Of a DNA stretch of 59,222 bases, positions 17,307-26,584 are shown piece by piece. The stretch is from a virus (lineage: Duplodnaviria; Caudoviricetes): positions 1-59,222 of IMG/VR virus record IMGVR_UViG_3300043411_000192. One strand, given 5' to 3'. Each line of letters starts with the position of its first letter. The first letter of the stretch is position 1. Below the pieces are notes generated by a model. The model made no database searches and had not been told where the DNA came from. It saw nothing but the letters and a program-made list of their open reading frames with translations. Position numbers and translations under genes: made by a program.

Positions 17307-17833
17307 TCACGCCTAAGGTAGATCCAAATGGAGTTAATGTCATTATAGGAACTCGACATTGGCTCGGCCCAGAGTGGCTACATGTCGATGCCGATAGAAG
17401 CCCACTCGTTGATGAGCATGGAAAACAACATGCTGTTGATGTGGTATGTGACGCTAGAAAACTAGACCTTCCAGATAGACATGCTGACTTCGTATTTAAT
17501 TCAGAGTGCCTAGAACACTTCCCTTGGAAAGACACATTTAATGTTCTAGCTGAATGGTGTAGGATTGTCAAGGTTGGTGGTGTCATTCGTGTAGAGGTTC
17601 CTGACTTCATCCTAGCTTGCCAGCAGGTTCTTGGGACTGACACTTTAGAGTGTGACTTAGCGATGAGACAGATTTTCTATGGTGGTCAGATTAATGAATA
17701 TGATTTTCATTACACAGGTATTACTCATAGAATGCTTCAGGCATGGCTAGAGGAATTAGACTTTGAGGTTATTAACCTTGAACGTGGTAATGAGTGTGGA
17801 TGGTTACGAGTAGACGGGAAACGCCTTAAGTGA
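17303..17833 (+). CDS. SAM-dependent methyltransferase (Methyltransf_11-like)
   Basis: WLHVD, CDARKL, ECLEH, and WCRIVKVGG.IRVEVPD. Confidence 0.82.
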   Translation: MITPKVDPNGVNVIIGTRHWLGPEWLHVDADRSPLVDEHGKQHAVDVVCDARKLDLPDRHADFVFNSECLEHFPWKDTFNVLAEWCRIVKVGGVIRVEVPDFILACQQVLGTDTLECDLAMRQIFYGGQINEYDFHYTGITHRMLQAWLEELDFEVINLERGNECGWLRVDGKRLK

Positions 17834-18411
17834 AATGGTCTATACTAATTCCTTCAATGCCAGATAGGAGAGAGCAACGACGTAGAGTTCTCATGCTTCT
17901 TGAGCCACAATTAGAGAAGTATGATGATATAGAGTTGCTTATCTTGGAAGACAACTGCAAAAGAAAGTATGGTCCGAAGCTACAGGCGATGGTGGATATT
18001 GCTCAGGGAGACTATATCTCATTTATTGATGACGATGATTTGGTATCTGAAAGGTATGTGGAATTAATCTATCCTCATCTCAATGGCACGGTTGACTGCG
18101 TTGGCTTTACTGGTCACATTTCCATTAACGACGGACCTATCATGCCTGTCTTTTATTCGATAAAAAATAAGACGCCAGAGAATAGATTTGATGGGTGCTA
18201 CAGATATGTCCAACATGTCAATCCTATCAAAAGATCTATAATACAACAGGTTCCATATGATGGGCATTTTGGTGCAGACACTGAGTGGTCAGATCAGGTA
18301 AGTGAGCTAAATCTCCTAAATGTAGAGGCTTATGTCCCAGAAGTTATGTATATGTATTTAGCTTCAACCACTGAAAATAGAGAGGTTTGGAACGATGGTC
18401 TTGGAGATTAA
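17830..18411 (+). CDS. GT2 glycosyltransferase
   Basis: WSILIPS, AQGDYISFIDDDD and GAD..W. Confidence 0.82.
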   Translation: MKWSILIPSMPDRREQRRRVLMLLEPQLEKYDDIELLILEDNCKRKYGPKLQAMVDIAQGDYISFIDDDDLVSERYVELIYPHLNGTVDCVGFTGHISINDGPIMPVFYSIKNKTPENRFDGCYRYVQHVNPIKRSIIQQVPYDGHFGADTEWSDQVSELNLLNVEAYVPEVMYMYLASTTENREVWNDGLGD

Positions 18412-18422
18412 ATTCGTTTTCT

Positions 18423-18439
18423 GCCGATAAACAATATAT
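18423..18439 (+). promoter_or_regulatory. Putative late-promoter motif
   Basis: GCCGATaaacaatATAT (contains the sigma-28-like GCCGATAA) before the packaging genes. Confidence 0.6.
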
Positions 18440-18460
18440 ACGTTTAAGAAAGGAAAACAG

Positions 18461-19126
18461 TTGCCACCCAAAGTACCTAATTTCACAGGTGTAGATATAG
18501 AAGATGATTTAGAGTTTGAAGATCATGAAGTAGTAATGATTTCAACTCCATCTGGCGCAGAGATGGCCCTTCTTTCAGATGAAGAAGCTGACTTTTATAA
18601 TAAGATTGCTAACCAATATCAGGAGCATAATAAGTTTAAAAACATTTCAGATTTACTAGAGTTAGATAGAGTTCTTAATTTAGAAGTTCTCTGCTTTAGG
18701 CAATCCCGTTGGGTTCTCCAAGAGAGAGATTACGATGGTAATCCCATTGGTAAAGACCTTCAGAAGAATATCAAAGAGTTATCTAGAGAGATTAGAGATA
18801 TTAAATCTGGTCTTGGTATAGATAAGAAGACCCGTGATGCTGGCCAAGGTGATACCTTCGCTGACCGCTGGTCTAATATTCTTACTCGTGCCAAAGAGTT
18901 TACTTACATGCGTAATGAACAGGTCATCAAGGCTATCGACCTTTGGAAAGAGTTGCAGGCTAAAATCACTCTTTACAAGAACTGCACTGATACTGAAAGA
19001 ACAGAATTTGAATGCCATATTGGTGATATCATTAATTGGTTAGATGAGAAGTTTGAAGAGTTCGATGAGATTGATGCTGCATTCCAGAGATCGCAGCAAT
19101 ACTGGATTAGAGAGATTGCTGAATGA
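18461..19126 (+). CDS. Hypothetical protein, possibly terminase small subunit
   Basis: Helical/coiled-coil protein two genes upstream of TerL; call rests on synteny. Confidence 0.5.
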   Translation: MPPKVPNFTGVDIEDDLEFEDHEVVMISTPSGAEMALLSDEEADFYNKIANQYQEHNKFKNISDLLELDRVLNLEVLCFRQSRWVLQERDYDGNPIGKDLQKNIKELSREIRDIKSGLGIDKKTRDAGQGDTFADRWSNILTRAKEFTYMRNEQVIKAIDLWKELQAKITLYKNCTDTERTEFECHIGDIINWLDEKFEEFDEIDAAFQRSQQYWIREIAE

Positions 19127-19641
19127 CAAAGAAAGATAAGATACAGGCCAAGATTGATAAAGCTAAGGAAGCGAATCCTCATTTGCAGAATATAAACTGG
19201 GGAGAGATTCTTCAAAGAGAGCCTGATGTTTTAAACAACATTCTCGGTGATGTTGCTAGATCAGACACTAAACGAAGATCTAAAATAGATAGAAAAACTG
19301 GCACTCAAAAGCTACAGGCAATGTCTGGCACTGATCATTCAGAGAGAGAATTCAGATATGCATTCGCTTCGATATGTGGAAAAGAATCTTTTAGGAAGAC
19401 GGCGACCAAGTTAAATATCTCTGCTGCACATGTATATAATCTTAAAGAGGGCAAGGCTCAGCCTACGCTTGAACTCATGGAGAAGATAGCTGAAGTCTAT
19501 AATAGAAGACCTTCTTACTTCTTGGAATATAGAGTGGGAATGGTTTTGATGTCTATAGAGTCTTACCTTACAAGAAATCCAGAGACTGCTACTGTATGGT
19601 ATTCTAAAGTTCAATCCAATTCGGGGATTATTATCAAATGA
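19123..19641 (+). CDS. XRE-type HTH DNA-binding protein
   Basis: SFRKTATKLNISAAHVYNLKEGKAQPTLELMEKIAEVY. Confidence 0.75.
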   Translation: MTKKDKIQAKIDKAKEANPHLQNINWGEILQREPDVLNNILGDVARSDTKRRSKIDRKTGTQKLQAMSGTDHSEREFRYAFASICGKESFRKTATKLNISAAHVYNLKEGKAQPTLELMEKIAEVYNRRPSYFLEYRVGMVLMSIESYLTRNPETATVWYSKVQSNSGIIIK

Positions 19642-22352
19642 TTTATTCAGACTTATCCGAAGAAGAACTATGTCTATTCGTGCTGTTCACAGATGAGACT
19701 GGACTAGATCAAGCAGAGTTCTGTATGGTCGATGAGCGTAACAAGCAGACAGGTCTTTTCAGAGCTTGGCCTGTTCAGCAGTTCTGGTGGAGAAAGAAAT
19801 CAAAGAAGATTATTAGTCAAGGTAGTCGTTCTATTGGTAAGAGCCTCTCAGCTAAACTGAGAGCTTTTGCTTTCCCATTTGTGCATCCCGGTGGAGAGTT
19901 GGTTATCACCGCTCCTGAGGGTCTGCATTTGGATGCTTTGACTGACAATATCGAATCGTTGTACCTCAGAAATAGAATTGCTGAATCCATGCTTGCTAAG
20001 GATCAGCGAGGTAGAATTAAGCATAGACCTTTCCATATCAACTTCGCAAACGGTGGCCGTATTATGGCTCGTCTGCCTAAGTTTGACGGTTCGGGAGTGA
20101 GAGGGACGCATCCAGACTGGCTAATTCAAGATGAGTCTTGTTTTCCGGGTAATACTTTAGTTCTTACTTATCAAGGTTATAAGAAAATTAAAGATGTTGA
20201 AGTTGGTGATTTTGTCTTAACTCATAAAGGTAACTGGAAGAAAGTTCTTAATGTCATAGATAATGGTCTACGAGAAGTAATAGAGTTAAAAGGTCAAGGA
20301 CATTATGGGTTAAAAGTGACTTCTAATCATAGATTCTGGGCGCAGGAAGTTTTGGATTATAATGATAGAAAAAATAAGTGGGGTATTAAAAAGAAATCTG
20401 ATTTTAAGTGGATTCGTGCCGAACACATGGTTGACAATTTATGGTCCACTCCTACTGTAATTCCATATTTTGATATTCCAAAAAGTATTCAAGCTTCTAA
20501 TATCTCAACGAGCTATGAAATAGACATACTTTCAGATGATTTTCTTTGGTGTCTTGGTTTGTATATTGCCGAGGGATCGACCTCTAGTTCTTATGGGTCG
20601 GGCGGTAAGCTTAATAAGACCACATGGTCTGTTCATTCCAAAGAAGTTGAATTTGTAACTTCTAAGCTAACAGCTGCTGGTATCCACTGGTTTGTTCAAC
20701 CTGTTCAATCTAGCGAGAATTGTAAAAATATTGTTGTCACACATATTGATTTAGCAAGATTTATGAAAGAAAATTGTGGAACTAGTTGTTATGAAAAAGT
20801 AATTCCTCTTTGGGTTCATGCCCTAACCCCACATCAACGTCAAATGGTATATGATGGTTTAATTTATGGCGATGGCTGTGACATTAAGGATGATAGATAT
20901 AAAGAAGGTAATCAAGCTTTATCTACAACATCTAAGAAGTTGGCTTTCGATTTTCAGTTATTAGCTAGATCAATTGGAAGAACAGCATCATTAACATATT
21001 ATTCTGGTAATAAGGTTGGAATAATAAGAGGTAGAGAATTTATATCTAGTCCTTCGTATGATATAAGATCAAGATTACAAGGTCAAGGGATTAAAATAGA
21101 TGATAAAGTTCTTCATAAGGTTAAGTCTTCTAGAGATGCTGGCATTGAACGTGTTTATGATTTAACCGTTGAAGATGATCATTCATTTATAGCAGAGGGA
21201 ATTATAGTTCATAATTCATTCTATCCTGAGCCAGCTTGGAAAGAGTTGATTGAAACTCTAATCATTAATGACGATCCTGAGCACGATAACTCTAGATGGT
21301 TCTCCCACGGAGTAACCGTAGGTCCCGGTAATACTTTTGATGATAAGATTAGCGGTAAGGATAGTACATGGGAAGTGGTTCCTCTCCCTGCTATGTATAG
21401 ACCTAATTGGAGCGATAAGGAACGGCAGGATAAAATTATTGAATATGGTGGTGAGGATTCTCCTGACTATCGTAGAAATGTTAAGGGTCTATCGGCTAAC
21501 GCTGGTACACCTCTTCTTGTAATGCATAGGCTTATGGAAGCAGTTGATTCTGATGAAATGTCTGCTTACAACCTAGAAGAATATTCTATCTGTAATATCA
21601 ACGATGCTCAGGTCCGAGAAGTTGGAAGTATATTGGACTTGTTCGATCCGCCAATCTCCCATACTAAGTATGGCAAGGTATGGATTGGAATGGATTATGG
21701 TCTAACCACATCTAACTCCTGTTTAGTAATATTTGCAGAGACTAAAGAGAAGGGTGACGACCACGGACGATTAAGATTACTGTCAAAGATAACATTAACT
21801 CGTATCCCGACTGAGGATCAGGTTGCTCTTATTAAACATATCATGGAGATATATAGACCTACAGCTTTCGTATTTGATGCTCACGGTATCGGACAGCCAG
21901 CCTACGACTGGTTACAGAAAGAAGTAAGAGAAGACGAAAATGTTGCCTGGATGCTTGACAGAATCAAGGGATACTCATTCTCTAAGAAGATGATAGTCCA
22001 GTTCGATCCTAACATAGAAATCTCTGAAGACGATCCAGATGGCTGGAAGGCTGCGGCTATAGAGCGCCTAGGATCTGAGGCTTCTATTGATTCACTCAGA
22101 TTAATGGTTGATAGTCACAGACTGAGACTGCCATATGACAAGGATCTTATCGGAGAACTACAGGCTGTCCAAAGAAAAGAGCCAGTTCGTTTCGATGAGT
22201 ATGGTAAACCAAAGAGAAAACAGGGTCAGCACACGCTCGACGCTATTAGATTTGCCCTTCTTGGATACAATCAGCATGTAATCGAGGAGATTGTGAAATC
22301 TTATGAGGATAGTTGGTCACCTCCTGAGATGATCATAATGGATTACATTTAG
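19638..22352 (+). CDS. terL: Terminase large subunit; contains an intein
   Basis: Walker A GSRSIGKS, Walker B LIQDE, nuclease IGMDYG, DAHGIG and HTLDAIRF. Confidence 0.9.
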   Translation: MIYSDLSEEELCLFVLFTDETGLDQAEFCMVDERNKQTGLFRAWPVQQFWWRKKSKKIISQGSRSIGKSLSAKLRAFAFPFVHPGGELVITAPEGLHLDALTDNIESLYLRNRIAESMLAKDQRGRIKHRPFHINFANGGRIMARLPKFDGSGVRGTHPDWLIQDESCFPGNTLVLTYQGYKKIKDVEVGDFVLTHKGNWKKVLNVIDNGLREVIELKGQGHYGLKVTSNHRFWAQEVLDYNDRKNKWGIKKKSDFKWIRAEHMVDNLWSTPTVIPYFDIPKSIQASNISTSYEIDILSDDFLWCLGLYIAEGSTSSSYGSGGKLNKTTWSVHSKEVEFVTSKLTAAGIHWFVQPVQSSENCKNIVVTHIDLARFMKENCGTSCYEKVIPLWVHALTPHQRQMVYDGLIYGDGCDIKDDRYKEGNQALSTTSKKLAFDFQLLARSIGRTASLTYYSGNKVGIIRGREFISSPSYDIRSRLQGQGIKIDDKVLHKVKSSRDAGIERVYDLTVEDDHSFIAEGIIVHNSFYPEPAWKELIETLIINDDPEHDNSRWFSHGVTVGPGNTFDDKISGKDSTWEVVPLPAMYRPNWSDKERQDKIIEYGGEDSPDYRRNVKGLSANAGTPLLVMHRLMEAVDSDEMSAYNLEEYSICNINDAQVREVGSILDLFDPPISHTKYGKVWIGMDYGLTTSNSCLVIFAETKEKGDDHGRLRLLSKITLTRIPTEDQVALIKHIMEIYRPTAFVFDAHGIGQPAYDWLQKEVREDENVAWMLDRIKGYSFSKKMIVQFDPNIEISEDDPDGWKAAAIERLGSEASIDSLRLMVDSHRLRLPYDKDLIGELQAVQRKEPVRFDEYGKPKRKQGQHTLDAIRFALLGYNQHVIEEIVKSYEDSWSPPEMIIMDYI
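20139..21215 (+). mobile_element. Intein (359 aa) with LAGLIDADG domain, in TerL
   Basis: Starts CFPGNTLVLT; block B VTSNHRF; motifs LGLYIAEG and DGLIYGDG; ends VYDLTVEDDHSFIAEGIIVHN/S. Confidence 0.93.
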
Positions 22353-22388
22353 TTTAAAGACGTTAATAATAAGTAGAGAGGCACTTAA

Positions 22389-22679
22389 TTGGAAGTAAAA
22401 GAAGTTATCGAAACATGGCGACCAGAAATCCTTGGTTATCTGATTGACATGAGAGACTTTCACCAAGAAGAAGACTGTAGATTGATACTCCGTAATCTTT
22501 CTGCATACTCAGCGAGAGCAAGTTATATGAGAAATTTTGCATCTCGTTCCAATAATGAGAAGATCAATAGATTCAGAATTGATGAACTTGATCCATTCTT
22601 AGTAGAAGTTGAGAGACAGTTTAAGATCTACAGTAGACTAATATCAGCGAACCAGTTCGAATTTGATTTAACAAAGTGA
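22389..22679 (+). CDS. Hypothetical protein
   Basis: 96-aa ORF between TerL and the portal; GAGG RBS, TTG start. Confidence 0.7.
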   Translation: MEVKEVIETWRPEILGYLIDMRDFHQEEDCRLILRNLSAYSARASYMRNFASRSNNEKINRFRIDELDPFLVEVERQFKIYSRLISANQFEFDLTK

Positions 22680-22687
22680 GGGAATGA

Positions 22688-24382
22688 ATGGAAGCTTCAG
22701 AACTTGGTATCGACTTAGAGATACTAGATGAATTAGAAGAGGGCGGAACTATTCTGCTCGACAACCAGTCTGGGCTTCCTGACGATGCTGTCCAAGAGGC
22801 GATTGAGAGACAGTATCCTGAACTTATCTCTAGAGCGGACATTTCTAAGCTAGACGAATGGATCGGTCGATCAACTGGACGCCAACGTGCTGGTGGTATC
22901 TTCAGCCAGAATAAGTATGTTGCCCCAGAGAAGATCTTCGATCAGTTCAGGGCGGCAGCTAAAGCTGCGAGAGATGATGATATTTTCTCCAATGCCGTAG
23001 AGACAACAGAACAACTTGCTTTCAAGGCAGTTACTATTGAGTCCAAGTCCAATGAAGAAGATGAGTCTAGTATCTGGGATCAGATCAAAGACAATATGAA
23101 GCTAGAGCAGAAGATGAGAGAAATTTGGCGTGAGCTTTTTGTTCTCTCTCAGTGCTACGTTGCTACTATCTGGGAGCGTAAAGACTTTAAGGTTAAGGGT
23201 ACAACAGATACGGGTAAGAAGAAAAAGAAAGTCTATAAGAGCCTGTTGGTCCCCAAGGGGCTTACCATCCTCGACCCATGCAAGGTTATCCCTGTTGGTA
23301 ACTTCATGTTTGGCCAGGAAAGACTTATCTACATTGCTGATCCCTTTGAATCTAAAGAACTTCAGACTACTTTAGCTGGACCAAATAGTTCTGATCTTGT
23401 AGTGAGTCAGCTTATCGAAGACCAGTATATCCCAGACATCCAAGAGGAAATGGAGCTTGGCAGAATCACTGGACAGTATGGTTTAAGAGATAGACTCTTC
23501 CTACTCAAAGAAGACAATGTTTGGCGTATTACATCAACACGTCCAGACTACCAGCGATTTGCTGACGTTCGTGCAATGTCAGTATTCCCTTGGTTGGATA
23601 TGAAGCATAACCTTCAGGAGATGGATCGTACAGATATCCTTGGTAACCTGAACGCTATCATCCTTGTTAAGAAGGGTACAGATGACAAGCCAGCTAAGCC
23701 TGGAGAAATCGCCCAGGCTGGTGCTCAGGTTCAACAGTCATCTCGTATTCCTATTATTGTATCAGACCACCGTTTAGAGATTGAGATTATCACTCGTAAG
23801 ACAGATAAGACTCTAGCTGCTGAAAGGTACAACGCTATCGACTCTAGAGTCACAGCGAGACTTTTCCAGATTCTACAGACTGGTAACTATGCCGCTGGTA
23901 CAGCTACAGATACTTCAGGTGGTCTATTCAAGATCATCGCTTCTACTATGGAAGCCCGTCGTGACAATATTGCTGATTCTATTATGGCTCATGTAATGAA
24001 TAAGACCTTTGAAAGAAATGATCAACTAATAGGTGAGCCAGTTCTTAAGATGCGTAGAATCGCTCTTGACTTCGATCCTCACTTTGCTCAATACATGCTT
24101 GATCTGTTTGCTCTTAACCAAATCTCTCAATCTACTGTTCTTGCAGAGGTTGACGTTGATATAGCTGATGAGGTTATCAAGAAACGTAGAGAGAAGGAAC
24201 TTTACTCTGATGTCTTCAGTCCTCCGATTGCTCCCGGTACTGCCGTGCCCGGAGAGGGTAATAACTCCACAGGTAGCCCTGGATCAGATGGTCGTGTTGG
24301 TGGAGGTAACTCAAATGGTGGCGGAAGTAACCAGCAATCATTTAACTCTACACCGAAAACTGGCAAAGGTGACGACAAATAA
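22688..24382 (+). CDS. Portal protein
   Basis: 564 aa after TerL and before protease/scaffold/capsid; Gly-rich C-terminal tail. Based on synteny and size. Confidence 0.75.
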   Translation: MEASELGIDLEILDELEEGGTILLDNQSGLPDDAVQEAIERQYPELISRADISKLDEWIGRSTGRQRAGGIFSQNKYVAPEKIFDQFRAAAKAARDDDIFSNAVETTEQLAFKAVTIESKSNEEDESSIWDQIKDNMKLEQKMREIWRELFVLSQCYVATIWERKDFKVKGTTDTGKKKKKVYKSLLVPKGLTILDPCKVIPVGNFMFGQERLIYIADPFESKELQTTLAGPNSSDLVVSQLIEDQYIPDIQEEMELGRITGQYGLRDRLFLLKEDNVWRITSTRPDYQRFADVRAMSVFPWLDMKHNLQEMDRTDILGNLNAIILVKKGTDDKPAKPGEIAQAGAQVQQSSRIPIIVSDHRLEIEIITRKTDKTLAAERYNAIDSRVTARLFQILQTGNYAAGTATDTSGGLFKIIASTMEARRDNIADSIMAHVMNKTFERNDQLIGEPVLKMRRIALDFDPHFAQYMLDLFALNQISQSTVLAEVDVDIADEVIKKRREKELYSDVFSPPIAPGTAVPGEGNNSTGSPGSDGRVGGGNSNGGGSNQQSFNSTPKTGKGDDK

Positions 24383-24409
24383 CAGAGGGACAAAATGAAA
24401 GGTGATTAA

Positions 24410-25177
24410 ATGACAACACTAATTGAGGGTAAGAATTCATTCTTTCTAAATAGTCCTGCTATTATTATTGATGAAGGTAAGGACGTAGCCTCTAACTGGG
24501 CGTCTGAGCACATCGTTGCCAATACTGCTATTAAGTGGATTCTCGCTAAATATGTAGAGGCCGACAATGCTAACAGCAATGGTCAGTATTGGACTCTAGA
24601 TGATTTAAGACTATCCAAGCCTACCATCCAGCACTCACCTATGAATATAGACCACCACTCTTCAGAGATTGTTGGCACATGGACTGCGGCTGAATTGCTA
24701 TACCCTACAGAGGGTGCGAATATCATCAACCCATACATTGAGACTCTTGGAGCCTTCTGGAAACATTATTTCCCAGAGAAGATGTCTGTGGTAGAGGAAG
24801 CATTCAATACAGGTCAGCTATATGTTTCTATGGAATGTGTTGGTGACTCTGTTACTTGTGTAGGAACTGATGACGCTTGTGGTCAAAGCTTCGCTTACAA
24901 GGGTCCATTCGATGATAGCTACTGTGATCACATTAAAGAACGTGCAGCTCACCGCCAGATCAACAATCCTCACTTCCTTGGTGGAGCCTTAATCGTGCCA
25001 CCTAATAAGCCGGGTTGGAAGTCTGCTTCGGTGAACGAATTGTCATCTCTAGATACAGATAAACTTGTTGAATCTATTGCTAATGACAACCCAGAAGGTT
25101 CCGAGGAACAGTGGATTACCACTATGAATTCCCTAATCTTCAGAGCTACGTTAGATCGCTTTAGTAAAATCTCCTGA
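24410..25177 (+). CDS. Probable prohead (capsid maturation) protease
   Basis: N.NG, MNIDH and VSME motifs; lies between portal and scaffold. Confidence 0.65.
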   Translation: MTTLIEGKNSFFLNSPAIIIDEGKDVASNWASEHIVANTAIKWILAKYVEADNANSNGQYWTLDDLRLSKPTIQHSPMNIDHHSSEIVGTWTAAELLYPTEGANIINPYIETLGAFWKHYFPEKMSVVEEAFNTGQLYVSMECVGDSVTCVGTDDACGQSFAYKGPFDDSYCDHIKERAAHRQINNPHFLGGALIVPPNKPGWKSASVNELSSLDTDKLVESIANDNPEGSEEQWITTMNSLIFRATLDRFSKIS

Positions 25178-25202
25178 AAAAAGGTTTATGAAAAATAAAC
25201 AT

Positions 25203-25219
25203 GCCGATATTTTTCATAG
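25203..25219 (+). promoter_or_regulatory. Putative late-promoter motif
   Basis: GCCGATatttttcATAG before the scaffold/capsid genes. Confidence 0.65.
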
Positions 25220-25238
25220 ACAAGGAAAGGGCTTAATT

Positions 25239-25985
25239 ATGGATGAACTTCGTAAACAACATGACGATCTTCTTGCTAACAAGCCAGAAGAAATGTCTGA
25301 TGGAGAGTTCGCTGCATTGATCGAAGATCATGCAAAGACCTGCCCATTCTGTAATGATAAATTAATTGCTGAAGATAATAACGATACTGACCCAGAAGGG
25401 GGTGACATGGATAAAACATTTACTCAAGAAGAATTAGATGCCGCTGTACTCGCAGCTGTTGCCCCAATTCAAGCCGAACTACAGTCTTTCAAAGACTCTG
25501 CGGTCGAGGGTGAAGTAGAGGCCCGTGTTGCTGAGGCGAAAGCCGAAAGCGATGCAGAAAAGGCTGACCTACAGGCTAAACTAGATGAAGCCGTAAACGC
25601 AAAGGGTGCTGCTGAGACAGAGCTAGCGAATGTACTTGCATTTCTAGCAACTGAATCAGAGGCCGCAGAACTAGCTGAGTGGTTCACTGCTATCAAAGCT
25701 GAGCGTAAAGCACAGATTGAAGAAGTAGCTAATTTCCCAGCAGATTATCTAGAAGCAAATCTAGATCGCTGGTGCGAGAAAGACGATGCAGAGTTTGCAG
25801 CTATGATTGCAGACTGGAAGATCGCTTCCGCTCCAAAGGCCGTAGAGCCAGCAGGTGAAGAAGCTGCTCGTGAAACTGCTATGAAAAACATCCGTCCCGT
25901 CGAATCAGGTTCAACTGTGCTAAAGGGAGATCTAGCAAATCTCTTTGGTGCTGCTGACGCTGGTATCGACATCCGTAAAGTCTGA
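25239..25985 (+). CDS. Scaffolding protein
   Basis: Acidic, Ala/Glu-rich coiled coil with KTFTQEELDA. Start moved to ATG 25239 (GGAAAGG RBS, downstream of the promoter motif). Confidence 0.7.
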   Translation: MDELRKQHDDLLANKPEEMSDGEFAALIEDHAKTCPFCNDKLIAEDNNDTDPEGGDMDKTFTQEELDAAVLAAVAPIQAELQSFKDSAVEGEVEARVAEAKAESDAEKADLQAKLDEAVNAKGAAETELANVLAFLATESEAAELAEWFTAIKAERKAQIEEVANFPADYLEANLDRWCEKDDAEFAAMIADWKIASAPKAVEPAGEEAARETAMKNIRPVESGSTVLKGDLANLFGAADAGIDIRKV

Positions 25986-25997
25986 AAGGGGAAATAA

Positions 25998-26570
25998 ATG
26001 TTCCGTAACGCACAATTTCGTGTATCTCCCCGTCATGGCGAAAGAGGCAGCCGCTACGTTCTAGACACAGCGTCAGATCCATTACCACAGTTCGTACCTG
26101 TTGTAGTGACTGGTGCAAATGATGGTCTAGGTCGAGCTGTTGTTGAACTAGCTACTGATTCTGGAGGAAACCTTGACAAGCCACTACCCGGCCAAGGTGG
26201 AATTCTAATCTATGAGCAGTTCCGCTACGATGGTAACGATACTGCAATTACCACATACTCTGATATGGATACTGTTCCTGCTGGTAAAGCTGTTCAGGTA
26301 ATCACTGGTGCAAATCATGTAAAGATTGCTTACCGCAACACCTCAGAAACAACATTCTATACTCGTGAAGATTACCCAACTGCTCGTGTAATGGTTGCCG
26401 GTGTAAGCCTTGCAACTCCTACTGTAGCTGTTGGTAACATGCTAACTCCCGGTACCGGTGACGATACTGATGGTTATTGGAAGGAAACTTCCGATGCAGC
26501 CGAGGCATGGCTAATCGTAACATCCGTCGATGCTTCAACAGACACTGTTGAAGTTGTTCTAAACTTCTGA
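25998..26570 (+). CDS. Probable capsid decoration/cement protein
   Basis: 190-aa beta-rich protein between scaffold and capsid; strongly biased codon use. Confidence 0.55.
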   Translation: MFRNAQFRVSPRHGERGSRYVLDTASDPLPQFVPVVVTGANDGLGRAVVELATDSGGNLDKPLPGQGGILIYEQFRYDGNDTAITTYSDMDTVPAGKAVQVITGANHVKIAYRNTSETTFYTREDYPTARVMVAGVSLATPTVAVGNMLTPGTGDDTDGYWKETSDAAEAWLIVTSVDASTDTVEVVLNF

Positions 26571-26584
26571 TAGGGGGGTCTAAA

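Noticed and set aside
25188-25238. Track start sites at 25188, 43342, 14855, 15634, 54871 and 58404
   Set aside because: Downstream starts have better RBSs or stop-start coupling, and in two cases the extension would overlap the late-promoter motif.
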